DNA from: Macrostomum lignano
Taxonomy: Eukaryota
Assembly: GCA_002269645.1 (NCBI GenBank)
Contig: NIVC01003142.1
Coordinates: forward strand, 9,051 to 73,050
Length of the DNA stretch: 64,000 bases
Direction of reading: 5' to 3'
The notes beneath the pieces are model-generated. The model saw only the letters and a list, made by a program, of their open reading frames with translations. It had not been told where the DNA came from and made no database searches. Shown one piece after another: positions 12,678 through 25,029 of the stretch. The position numbers and the translations under genes are program-made. Each line of letters opens with the position of its first letter. Positions within the stretch are counted from its first letter, which is position 1.

Positions 12678-15600
12678 TCAGAAATCGCCACAATCAATGT
12701 CCGCTGTCTCGTCGATTGCTTCAACATCAGCTGCTGCCGCGACAGAGGCGGAGGCGCAGCGCTGTTTAGCGAGCTCTCGCACACGCTCTGGAGTTAGAGA
12801 CACAACCAAACCGCAGGAGCGCAAATGACGCAGGAACAATACGGCTAATTTAGCCGGCTCAGTTTCCATCATCATACCGTCAGATTCGTCAACTATGAGG
12901 AATTCGGTTCGGCCAGGATCGCAGCGGGAGTTCATGGCGACCAAACGTGTGACCATGTCCTTGGCCAGGCCGCCTGTGACTAGGAAGGCCTGGCATGCGG
13001 GATGTTGGAGACTGGCTTTGAAGAGGGGCATAAAAAAAAGGGCTGCTGTTCACCCCCTGTGAGTGGGTGCCTGCGTACAGTGCACTCATTTGAGGCTGTA
13101 CTTCAAGCTAAAATGGGGATTTCTGGTAGCTAAAATGGGGATTTCTGGTAGCTAAAATGGGGATTTCTGGTAGCTAAAATGGGGATTTCTGGTAGCTAAA
13201 ATGGGGATTTCTGGTAGCTAAAATGGGGATTTCTGGTAGCTAAAATTGGGATCTCTGGTAGCTAAAATGGGGATTTCTGGTAGCTAAAATGGGGATTTCT
13301 GGTAGCTAAAACTTGGGATTTCTGGTAGCTAAAATGGGGATTTCTGGTAGCTAAAATGGGGATTTCTGGTAGCTAAAACTTGGGATTTCTGGTAGCTAAA
13401 ATGGGGATTTCTGGTAGCTAAAACTTCGGATTTCTGGTAGCTAAAATGGGGATTTCTGGTAGCTAAAATGGGGATTTCTGGTAGCTAAAATGGGGATTTC
13501 TGGTAGCTAAAATGGGGATTTTTAGTAGCTAAAATGGGGATTTCTGGTAGCTAAAATGGGGATTTCTGGTAGCTAAAATGGGGATTTCTGGTAGCTAAAA
13601 CTTGGGATTTCTGGTAGCTAAAATGGGGATTTCTGGTAGCTAAAATGGGGATTTCTGGTAGCTAAAACTTGGGATTTCTGGTAGCTAAAATGGGGATTTC
13701 TGGTAGCTAAAATGGGGATTTCTGGTAGCTAAAACTTGGGATTTCTGGTAGCTAAAATGGGGATTTCTGGTAGCTAAAATGGGGATTTCTGGTAGCTAAA
13801 ATGGGGATTTCTGGTAGCTAAAATGGGGATTTCTGGTAGCTAAAATGGGGATTTCTGGTAGCTAAAATGGGGATTTCTGGTAGCTAAAATGGGGATTTCT
13901 GGTAGCTAAAATGGGGATTTCTGGTAGCTAAAATGGGGATTTCTGGTAGCTAAAATGGGGATTTCTAATAGCTAAAATGGGGATTTTTGGTAGCTAAAAT
14001 GGGGATTTCTGGTAGCTAAAATGGGGATTTCTAATAGCTAAAATGGGGATTTCTGGTAGCTAAAATGGGGATTTCTGGTAGCTAAAATGGGGATTTTTGG
14101 GAGCAAAAATGAGGATTAATGGTAGCTAAAATGGGGATTTCTAATAGCTAAAATGGGGATTTTTGGTAGCTAAAATGGGGATTTCTGGTAGCTAAAATGG
14201 GGATTTCTAATAGCTAAAATGGGGATTTCTGGTAGCTAAAATGGGGATTTCTAATAGCTAAAATGGGGATTTTTGGTAGCTAAAATGGGGATTTCTGGTA
14301 GCTAAAATGGGGATTTCTAATAGCTAAAATGGGGATTTCTGGTAGCTAAAATGGGGATTTCTGGTAGCTAAAATGGGGATTTTTGGGAGCAAAAATGAGG
14401 ATTATTGGTAGCTAAAATGGGGATTTCTAATAGCTAAAATGGGGATTTTTGGTAGCTAAAATGGGGATTTCTGGTAGCTAAAATGGGGATTTCTAATAGC
14501 TAAAATGGGGATTTCTGGTAGCTAAAATAGGGATTTCTAATAGCTAAAATGGGGATTTCTGGGAGCTAAAATGGGGATTTTTGGTAGCTAAAATGGGGAT
14601 TTCTGGTAGCTAAAAAAGGGATTTTTAGTAGCTAAAATGGGGATTTCTGCTACCATTAAAATGAAGATTTTAAACTGCTTAAACAAAAAGGATTTCAGGT
14701 AGATTAAACTGAGGATTCCTTAGTCAAGCCGGCCTTACCTGCACCTCCAAAGTTCTCAGCCCGCTACCCGGCTGCTTAGCCAAATCGCGCTGTATTCCCA
14801 AATCAGGCCTATCATTGTACGCTTTGATATAGCCGGCCACATTGGGTAGGCACATGCTCAACAGCTGCTGTTTGCAAGCTTCAACCGAGTCATAGCAATC
14901 CGAACTGTTATGACCAAACCAATGCCGCTCCAACAGCTTCAGCGCTGAGTCTGTTAGCAATCCCTGTGACATTCTCTGCCACTCGGCATTGTTATTGGCA
15001 AATAGCCAATTATAATAAGTATTATCCGTGTTAGCATTGGGATTAATTAGGAACAGACTGAGCACTTTGTCCGGGTGCTTCAAAGCGTAGCGGCACAGCA
15101 CGTTGGAGCCCGCGCCGCTGCCGAAACCGACAAAGTAGGCCAGGTTGAAGTGGGCCACCACCGACTGCAGCATGTCTGCGATCTCGTCTAGGCTAGGGTA
15201 CCCGATTCTGAAGGGTTTGGGCCGGATTAACAGGGGGATTAACGGCTGTTAGAGTGGTACAGTGGAAAGCGCTTATTAAAATGAGCCTAATCGGTGACGC
15301 TATATGCTAAGCTTCTTGAAGGGAAGCGGTTTTGTAGGGAAGCTGTTTTGTATAGAAGTTGTTATCTATAGAAGCTGTTTAGAAGGGAAGCTGTTTTGTA
15401 GGGAAGTTGCTTAGAAGGGAAGCTGTTTTGTAGGGAAGCTGTTTTGTAGGGAAGCAGTTTTGTAGGGAAGCTGCTTAGAAGGGAAGCTGTTTTGTAGGGA
15501 AGCTGTTTTGTAGGGAAGCTGCTTAGAAGGGAAGCTGTTTTGTAGGGAAGTTGCTTAGAAGGGAAGCTGTTTTGTAGGGAAGCTGCTTAGAAGGGAAGCT

Positions 15601-18600
15601 GTTTTGTAGGGAAGCTGTTTTGTAGGAAAGCTGTTTTGTAGGAAAGCTGTTTTGTAGGAAAGCTGTTTTGTAGGAAAGCTGTTTTGTAGGAAAGCTATCT
15701 TCTAGGAAGTCAGGTTAGTTCAAGTTCAAGTTAGCGACTATTTTAAAGGTCAACGAATCTTTCACGGCTATAATGACATTTAAGGAAAACAATGCAACAC
15801 TTCATACTCACTTCCCGGGCACACCATCAGCGTAAGTGGCAAACTGCTGTCTCTCCGTTAACAGGCCCTCCTTTTCTTCTACTCCACTGAAATATTATTA
15901 AGTGGTAGTTAAGTAAAAGGGTAATTTACTTAAATTACACCCTAATAATGTAGAAAAATTTTGCATGGATTTTGCGTGAGTATAAAAAATCAAGATAAGA
16001 GATGCTTTAAAGTAACAATACAAATGTTAATACAAAAAAATTTCACTTTGTCGTTTAAAGTCGCGCAAAGATTTTATAAGAACTTATGAGTGCAGGTGAA
16101 TTCACTTGAACAGGATTGTATGTTAGTGTATGCCTGGCTACCTGATTCACTCAGTGGTCTGTGATTGTGGATTGGTCTGTGGTTGTGAATTGGTTTGTGA
16201 TTGTGAATTGGTCTGTGATTGTGGATTGGTCTGTGATTGTGAATTGGTCTGTGATTGTGAATTGGTTTGTGATTGTGGATTGGTCTGTGATTGTGAATTG
16301 GTTTGTGATTGTGAATTGGTCTGTGATTGTGAATTGGTTTGTGATTGTGGATTGGTTTGTGATTGTGGATTGGTTTGTGATTGTGGATTGGTCTGTGATT
16401 GTGGATTGGTTTGTGATTGTGGATTGGTTTGTGATATTGGTTTGTGATTGTTGATTAGTTTGTGATTGTGGATTGGTTTGTGATTGTGGATTGGTTTGTG
16501 ATTGTGGATTGGTTTGTGATTGTGGATTGGTTTGTGATATTGGTTTGTGATTGTGGATTGGTTTGTGATTGTGGATTGGTCTGTGATTGTGAATTGGTCT
16601 GTGATTGTGAATTGGTTTGTGATTGTGGATTGGTCTGTGATTGTGAATTGGTTTGTGATTGTGAATTGGTCTGTGATTGTGAATTGGTTTGTGATTGTGA
16701 ATTGGTTTGTGATTGTGAATTGGTTTGTGATTGTGGATTGGTTTGTGATTGTGAATTGGTCTGTGATTGTGGATTGGTCTGTGATTGTGAATTGGTTTGT
16801 GATTGTGGATTGGTTTGTGATTGTGATTTGGTTTGTGATTGTGAATTGGTCTGTGATTGTGAATTGGTTTGTGATTGTGAATTGGTTTGTGATTGTGGAT
16901 TAGTTTGTGATTGTGGATTGGTCTGTGATTGTGAATTGGTTTGTGATTGTGAATTGGTTTGTGATTGTGAATTGGTTTGTGATTGTGATATTGGTTTGTG
17001 ATTGTGGATTGGTTTGTGATTGTGGATTGGTTTGTGATTGTGAATTGGTTTGTGATTGTGATATTGGTTTGTGATTGTGATATTGGTTTGTGATTGTGAT
17101 ATTGGTTTGTGATTGTGATATTGGTTTGTGATTGTGATATTGGTTTGTGATTGTGGATTGGTTTGTGATTGTGGATTGGTTTGTGATTGTGGATTGGTTT
17201 GTGATTGTGGATTGGTTTGTGATTGTGGATTGGTTTGTGATTGTGGATTGGTCTGTGATTGTGGATTGGTTTGTGATTGTGGATTGGTTTGTGATATTGG
17301 TTTGTGATTGTTGATTAGTTTGTGATTGTGGATTGGTTTGTGATTGTGGATTGGTTTGTGATTGTGGATTGGTTTGTGATTGTGGATTGGTTTGTGATAT
17401 TGGTTTGTGATTGTGGATTGGTTTGTGATTGTGGATTGGTTTGTGATTGTGGATTAGTTTGTGATTGTGGATTGGTCTGTGATTGTGGATTGGTTTGTGA
17501 TTGTGGATTGGTCTGTGATTGTGGATTGGTTTGTGATTGTGGATTGGTCTGTGATTGTGGATTGGTTTGTGATTGTGGATTGGTTTGTGATTGTGGATTG
17601 GTTTGTGATTGTGGATTGGTCTGTGATTGTGGATTGGTTTGTGATTGTGGATTGGTCTGTGATTGTGAATTGGTTTGTGATTGTGAATTGGTTTGTGATA
17701 TTGGTTTGTGATTGTGGATTAGTATGTGATTGTGGATTGGTTTGTGATTGTGGATTGGTCTGTGATTGTGGATTGGTTTGTGATTGTGGATTGGTTTGTG
17801 ATTGTGAATTGGTTTGTGATTGTGAATTGGTTTGTGATTGTGGATTGGTTTGTGATTGTGGATTGGTTTGTGAGTGTGAATTGGTTTGTGATTGTGGATT
17901 AGTTTGTGATTGTGGATTGGTCTGTGATTGTGGATTGGTTTGTGATTGTGGATTGGTCTGTGATTGTGGATTGGTTTGTGATTGTGGATTGGTCTGTGAT
18001 TGTGGATTGGTCTGTGATTGTGGATTGGTTTGTGATTGTGGATTGGTCTGTGATTGTGTATTGGTTTGTCTGTGTTTAGGTTTGGGAATTGGTAAATGGC
18101 TTTTAGATAATTTGACGTATCCATGCAAAATTTAGTTACACAAGCTGATGTTAATTACTCGAGACAAAATCACAATTAGTAGGAGAGTAAAATAAAAACC
18201 GTTAATTCCACTAGTGTTAAGACTTCCATAAGTTTAAAACCACAAAGTCGCATTCATTTAGATTTGATAAAGAACTGGGTAAATTTACTAAATTTAAATA
18301 ATAAAATTAATACAAAGCTTTCAATAAAAGCCAGTTATTTAAGGTTCGGGTATTTTAAAAATATTAATAAATAATTATAATGACAGTAGATACATTACCG
18401 CTGATTAATGCATCGAATAATCACCCTGAAAATGAATTTACAATTAAGAAAAGAATACAAACTACAAACTACGCTAAAAAAATATGTGCAAAATTTTGTT
18501 AGTGACTTAAAGTGCAATATGTTAATTAGTTATACCATGTTCCCAAATTCAAAGTGCAATCTTACTCGGACGCGACAGGACCGGCATTGTCCTGGTGACC

Positions 18601-19987
18601 CGGTGCGCACACGTGGTAGACATTGAAATTGTCTGCAATCACTTGCATGTCGCAGTAGTTGAAAAAGCCGAGAAATGACCGATCTGGAAATTTCATCCAG
18701 GAGAATATCAACTCTTTGTTAATTGGTAACACTCATGGCCTAACGCTACAAACACTGCAGTTTGCACAGCACATCTCGCTGTTTATCAGATCATGAATCT
18801 TGGCTACCAGATCCTCAGGTTTTTGACTACCAGATCCTCAGGTTTTTGGCTACCAGATCCTCAGACTCTTGGCTACCAGATCCTCAGACTCTTGGCTACC
18901 AGATCCTCAGACTCTTGGCTACCAGATCCCCAGACTCTTGGCTACCAGATCCCCAGACTCTTGGCTACCAGATCCTCAGACTCTTGGCTACCAGATCCCC
19001 AGACTCTTGGCTACCAGATCCCCAGACTCTTGGCTACCAGATCCCCAGACTCTTGGCTACCAGATCCCCAGACTCTTGGCTACCAGATCCCCAGACTCTT
19101 GGCTACCAGATCCCCAGACTCTTGGCTACCAGATCCCCAGACTCTTGGCTACCAGATCCCCAGACTCTTGGCTACCAGATCCCCAGACTCTTGGCTACCA
19201 GATCCCCAGACTCTTGGCTACCAGATCCTCAGACTCTTGGCTACCAGATCCTCAGACTCTTGGCTACCAGATCCTCAGACTCTTGGCTACCAGATCCTCA
19301 GACTCTTGACTACCAGATCCCCAGACTCTTGGCTACCAGATCCCCAGACTCTTGGCTACCAGATCCCCAGACTCTTGGCTACCAGATCCTCAGACTCTTG
19401 GCTACCAGATCCTCAGACTCTTGGCTACCAGATCCTCAGACTCTTGACTACCAGATCCCCAGACTCTTGGCTACCAGATCCCCAGACTCTTGGCTACCAG
19501 ATCATCAGACTCTTGGCTACCAGATCCTCAGACTCTTGGCTACCAGATCCCCAGACTCTTGGCTACCAGATCCCCAGACTCTTGGCTACCAGATCCTCAG
19601 ACTCTTGGCTACCAGATCCCCAGACTCTTGGCTACCAGATCCCCAGACTCTTGGCTACCAGATCCCCAGACTCTTTGCTACCAGATCCTCAGAATCTTGG
19701 CTACCAGATCCTCAGACTCTTGGCTACCAGATCCCCAGACTCTTGGCTACCAGATCCTCAGATAAGCTCAGAGGTACAGTGCATTGAAAAATCTAAAACT
19801 CGTAAACAATTTTCAGCAAATCCACTAACTCGGATTTGGGGATTTAGGACACTAAATTTTTGAACAATAGGCACCACTCACAGTTAGTTCCAATGTCGTG
19901 AAATGTCAGGATTGATCCACTAGTCTTGGTGCCACGCTGCATATAAACATGCAGTGGAATGCCATAACTGGTTGCAATTACATGTTC
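12678..19987 (-). CDS. NDRG: NDRG-family protein (N-myc downstream-regulated, non-catalytic alpha/beta-hydrolase fold); start exon not located
   Basis: Phase-consistent minus-strand exons: 19987-19882 (EHVIATSYG...ILTFHDIGTN), 18683-18566 (YRSFLGFFN...YHVCAPGHQDNA), 15886-15812 (75-nt insert), 15207-14739 (GYPSLDEIADML...GFGSGAGSNVLCRYALKHPDKV), 12989-12678 (AFLVTG...MMMETEPAKLA...stop). Motifs match the NDRG consensus TYHDIGLN, HVDAPG, YPSxDxLA and GVGAG. Confidence 0.92.
13106..14650. repeat. 22-bp minisatellite (GCTAAAATGGGGATTTCTGGTA), about 70 copies, in the last NDRG intron
   Basis: Direct tandem units. Confidence 0.97.
15320..15700. repeat. About 16-19-bp minisatellite (AGGGAAGCTGTTTTGT), NDRG intron
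   Basis: Direct tandem units. Confidence 0.92.
16150..18065. repeat. 18-bp minisatellite (TGTGATTGTGGATTGGTT), about 100 copies, NDRG intron
   Basis: Direct tandem units. It explains the CDCGLV, VIVDWF and SQTNPQ ORFs. Confidence 0.97.
18790..19762. repeat. 23-bp minisatellite (CAGACTCTTGGCTACCAGATCCY), about 42 copies, NDRG intron
   Basis: Direct tandem units. The 23-aa periodicity of the ORFs equals three 23-nt units. Confidence 0.97.
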
Positions 19988-21849
19988 CTAAAGGATTTTA
20001 ATGCAATAATATCAGTTGAGTGCAGGTATTTGCAAAAATAGAACTGCAATATTTTATAAGAACAACTTTTATCAATAGAACATTGAAACAATTTCAATGG
20101 TTTTTTGCTACTAACCTCCATTTTAATAATTGAAAATCTGTCAGATCCAGATATCAAATTATAACAAGCATGCAAAAGAGAGCATGATTATAGTATAGTA
20201 TTTTTTATAGTTTAATGTATTTCCAAAGAATTTTTTTTTTGGCTAGCATATTTACTATTTCAAGGGAAACAAAAGACTAGATTTGCTTGCAATGACACTT
20301 GTTTGCCCTAATAGAATTGAGATTTTGTTGCTTTAAATAATATAATAAATCATAAAATATGATTGCCATTAAAACCAAATAATGTGGTCACTAATAATTA
20401 CATTACTCCATGATTAGCTAAACATTTTATATCAATTATTTATGCTTTGTCATAAAACTGATTTGAATAAATATGACTATGCTTAGGCACTTGAGTGAGG
20501 GTCTTATGACTTGCCAATATGCATTCAAAAAGACAATCCTTTGTCCTAATTAACCTAGAGTTAGTCTAAGACTTGAATTATAAGGTTAAACAATATAAGA
20601 TTAGGCGTAGGGAGGAAGGGTATACCCTAAGGGGGCGAAGCACTTCTTTACTAGTTTATGCTAGTGCTAAAATGCAAAATTGCACCGTATCGGAATAAGT
20701 GTAGAAAATCTGTGGATGTGCAACATGGGATCTAAAATTGTGGCTCAAAAACACATCACAATGCAGAACATGTTAACTTTTGTACCGAATACGGCATAGT
20801 ATGAATTAGATGACATGGCATTTAGCCTTAATAAGACAGTTGGGTTACTCTTGCCATTTACCCAAAATCACACTGCACTGCAACACTATCTCCTTGACTC
20901 TAGCAATGATGCAACACCAGAAAATTCCAAAATTGCAATGGACAGTCAGACACCTTTTGTCCACTTATACCAATAGGAAAATTGCATCCAATGTCTAATT
21001 TTAGGATGCAACCCCTTTGATTATCTATTATTTATCTAAGAGTGCCCCCTTTGGAATGGCCAATAAGCAAGGAGCAAAAACTATGCAAATCCATTAAAAA
21101 CACATTTTCTTAAGAACCATTTCCTTTTTCTGTTTCAAAGACTTTATTTTCTTTAGCTTAGGTAAATAAAATACTGATTTACTGGGTGCTACCTTATGAT
21201 GTAATCATTATTCAATTCTAATCAATGGCTTATAATAATTTAACATAATATTATAGTTACATAAGTAAGTCAAGCCTAATTTACAATTGCAAATTTTCAT
21301 TATGTTATTATATTGTGTTTTATAGTGATGCAATTAAGTCAGATCAGATTGATAATTAACCAATTAATAATAAATAAATAGCCTAGTATAATATAATATT
21401 TATCATAATCAAAACTTAGCTAGTTAGCATTCTTACATTCTTAAAATGCATTTCAAGCCAAAAAGTCTATTTGACCTTTGCAAAAAGCATATATTTGAAT
21501 ACCTAATCCTTTGAGCATTGAGAAATATTTTATAGATACCTGTACCACCAGGAAAAGTTTAATTGAATAGTACAAGTTTGAAAAAAAATGATTGTGCAAC
21601 TTTTTTAAATTGATCCCATAGACACCTATATACCAAAACCATTTTTTAATACATGGATTTGGAAAGTCTGGATATTATATAGCATCCCTATGTAGGCTAT
21701 TGTATGAAAAACCTAGCCTAGCCATAGGTTTTATTGCTAGCACTAGGATGCAAAATTGCAACCAAGGTCTAATTTGAGAATGCAATTTTGAAAGTCAGGA
21801 TACTATATCCAGACTATATATCCCAAAAGTTTTTAGACTGTTTATAACA

Positions 21850-22920
21850 TACAAATGGAAGCTGGTTTGAGTGCATGGAATTACAAGCTTTTAAAGTAAC
21901 ATCTTCTAGCCTAGATGACATCTGAACTCTATCTATGGCTCCTGTATATGCCAGGTGATTTGCCAATTGGACAACTTTGCCAAATAACTGATCAAGGTTG
22001 GTGAACTGAAACCTATGGTACTGATTCTTTAACTTTGGAAAAAATTAAAGTCAGAAGGACTGATATCAGGGGAGTAGGATAGGTAAGGCAGTACCTTTTA
22101 GCCATAACTTAGCAGCAGCTATTTCACTATGCTACCTATCTATGCACTCAAATTGTTAGTATAGGCAGTGTAGCATAAGAAGTCTATCACTTAGCAGAGC
22201 TGGTTGTTTTTTGCAGATGGCAGGTTAGAGGTGCAATATCAGAAATTCTATAGTATTGCTAGTTCACAGTCTGATCCTAGGGCACTTGGTGCACAATCAG
22301 AATGCCAAAGGCATTGTAGGCAGCTATAAGCATCATCTTAATGCTTTGACTCTGATTGACAACTGTTGGCTGCATGTCCAATGGCTATTTCCACTTGCTG
22401 TTCTAGCTCCTTAGGTTCAACTCATATAGGCAGGCCTACATCTCATCAATGATAACCATCTGATGCAGAAGCAACTCTTCTTGTGACACTAGAGCAGCTA
22501 CTGAGTAATGCAATGCTGCCTATGGCTATCTGATAACTAAGTGAGGCACCCACTTAGTAGTCACCTTGCGCATCCCAAGATCTTTAGTAACAATGTGATG
22601 CACAATAGTTGATATGATCCCAGAGAGCTCTGACATTTCCTTACATGTCTATCTCCTCTAAATCTCAAACAGCTACCTGATCATCAAAATGTTTTCAGCT
22701 GATCATGTTTTCCTAGTTCTCTCAGATCTAGGTGAGTCTTTAATGGAAGTTTGGCCATCCCTAAAGCAGGCATACCACCTGAATATAGCTGCTCTGCACA
22801 AGGCATGCTCAACAAAGGCTTCTTCTAACTGGCAATGTACTTGCATTACTGTTGTTCTTCTAGCTAATTGTTTTTCTAGCTCTTTTATTCTTAATTTATT
22901 GTCCATGATTAATAATTAAC
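21850..22920 (-). mobile_element. Decayed mariner-type transposase relic
   Basis: Minus-strand ORF 22703-22906 has the mariner HTH region (AIFRWYACFRDGQTSIKDSPRS). A YSPDISPSD motif lies near 22050-22085. Many stops. Confidence 0.75.
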
Positions 22921-23480
22921 TTCTCTTACAAAATTAGGCCTAATAATAAAAACACATGAAATCAATATGCTTATGTTATTATATTGTAGCAGTTAAGCCA
23001 GTTAGATTATATTTGTTTCCTTGCATTTAATAAAAGTACTTTCTTTTGAGTGCTCACAAGCTAACTTGTCTATGACCTAAATTTCCACTTTCAGTTTCAG
23101 CCTCAAACTCACTATAGGCCTACCTTAATCTTATTAAATAGATACAACCCTATCCATAATTAACCTTCCTCTTGCAACTTAATCAAATGTGTCTTAATCT
23201 TTAAGTAGCCAATACTACAATGTAGGCCTACAAGTATTGTGTATTGATTGGTCCCAAGATGAAGTCAAGAAATATTCTATAAATCATTCAACTAAAAATT
23301 GCCTCAAATAAATGCTTAACAACCAATATAATGATGGCTAGATAATCTACCTAGATGAAAGGCTAATTAGTTTGATTATAGCATATAAACTAATTGCATT
23401 ATTGTGTAGGTCCTAACTTGTCTTAACATAAAGTTAAATGCATTTTTAAGTATATAAGTTCATATTATAAGATATACCCT

Positions 23481-23738
23481 AGCAAGAAAACATGATAATT
23501 TCTTGTTTTCATGCTTGTGCTTGAAGATTCCATTTTCCAACCCAGTTCACCTTGGCAGCATTCAACCTGGCTCTCAAGGCACCTCTAGTCCCTTTATCCT
23601 GCTTTATTCTATCCCCACTTTATCCTATCACACTTTATCCCAGCGGCCAGCAAGAAAATGTGATAATTTCTTGTTTTTATGTTTGCACTTGAAGATTCTA
23701 TTTTCCAACCCAGTTCACATTGGTAGCATTCAACCTGG
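23481..23738. repeat. 90-bp direct duplication (23481-23570 and 23649-23738)
   Basis: Hand alignment gives 9 differences in 90 bp, 8 of them transitions. Confidence 0.9.
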
Positions 23739-24434
23739 TATGTAGTTCTGTAGGGTTATGTAGAGGGTGTATGTTTATAGTACACATATGTTTTTCATTG
23801 TTGTATTGCATTATTTGTTGCTTTAAGACAAATTACTTGAAAAATGCTTCCCTTTACATATTTATTACAGGCTTTTGTTAAGGATGCTTACAATCATTTT
23901 GATGGTCAAGGCCCCTTGCTATTGTCTTTGTTGAATCAAGAATTTGTGGTTGGTGTTTGACTTCAGGCTGCAAATGTGAAAGAGGCAGCTAAATTGCTTA
24001 GCTTATCAATGCGTAATTGTAATGTTTGTATTGTCAATGGTATTGATTTGAAGTACTTGACCAGTGGTGGTTTCAGTGTCACTTTTGGGAATAGTGTTGC
24101 TACCATTTGTAAAAAAGGCTCACAGACTAAGTGTTGTCAGACTGTTTCAGCATGGCTCAAAGCCGCCAAAATAGGCCAATTGTGGTTGGAGAGCAATAAT
24201 TGGAAGCTTTTATCTTACAGTACTTACCACCCTGCTTTTAAGCCGGGCAGGCAGCAAATAAATTATATATGAAAGAGGCCACTTGACACATTGAGATTGC
24301 CTGCTCTGTTTCAAAAGGCCTATTAAAGAGTGTTATTTGCCTAAGTTTAGTATGTGTATGGCAAGTATTTGCAGAATTAAGTTAGCTTAATGGTGATTTT
24401 GAGGATAGAGCAATAAGTGATGAGGAAGAGCAGA

Positions 24435-24900
24435 GTGTTAATGATGAGCAGACAGCTGAAGATGAGCAGATGGCTGAAAATGAGCAGACAGCTGAAGATG
24501 AGCAGACAGCTGAAGATGAGCAGACTGCTGTAAATGAGCAGACAGCTAAAGATGAGCAGACAGCTGAAGATGAGCAGACTGCTGAAAATGAGCAGACAGC
24601 TAAAGATGAGCAGATAGCTGAAAATGAGCAGACAGCTGAAGATGAGCAGATGGCTGAAAATGAGCAGACAGCTGAAGATGAGCAGACAGCTGAAGATGAG
24701 CAGATGGCTGAAAATGAGCAGACAGCTGAAGATGAGCAGACAGCTGAAGATGAGCAGACAGCTGACAATGAGAAGATAGCCAAAAATGAGCAGACAGCTA
24801 AAGATGAGCAGACAGCTGAAGATGAGCAGACAGCTGAAGATGAGCAGACAGCTGAAGATGAGCAGACAGCTGAAGATAAGCAGATGGCTGAAAATGAGAA
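24435..24900. repeat. 18-bp minisatellite (GAAGATGAGCAGACAGCT) immediately upstream of the LINE relic
   Basis: Direct tandem units that translate as (AEDEQT)n. Confidence 0.93.
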
Positions 24901-25029
24901 AATGAAAAGTGGAGGAGCAAGCTGGACAGCAGCGCAACAACAGGCAAGATGTGGACGCTGCTGAAGTGGATCAATGGCAGGGCACCAACCAAGAGCAAAG
25001 ATCAGGTCTTAGAGCACGCAGGAAAATGA

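Noticed and set aside
15100-15140. Possible restored catalytic Ser in NDRG (GFGSGAG)
   Set aside because: The Ser aligns to the X of G-X-G-X-G. The nucleophile position is still Gly, as in other NDRGs.
16130-19863. Cys-rich (CDCGLV)n, (SQTNPQ)n and 23-aa repeat ORFs resembling metallothionein-like or adhesive proteins
   Set aside because: They are open in several frames on both strands because of 18-bp and 23-bp units, and they lie within NDRG introns.
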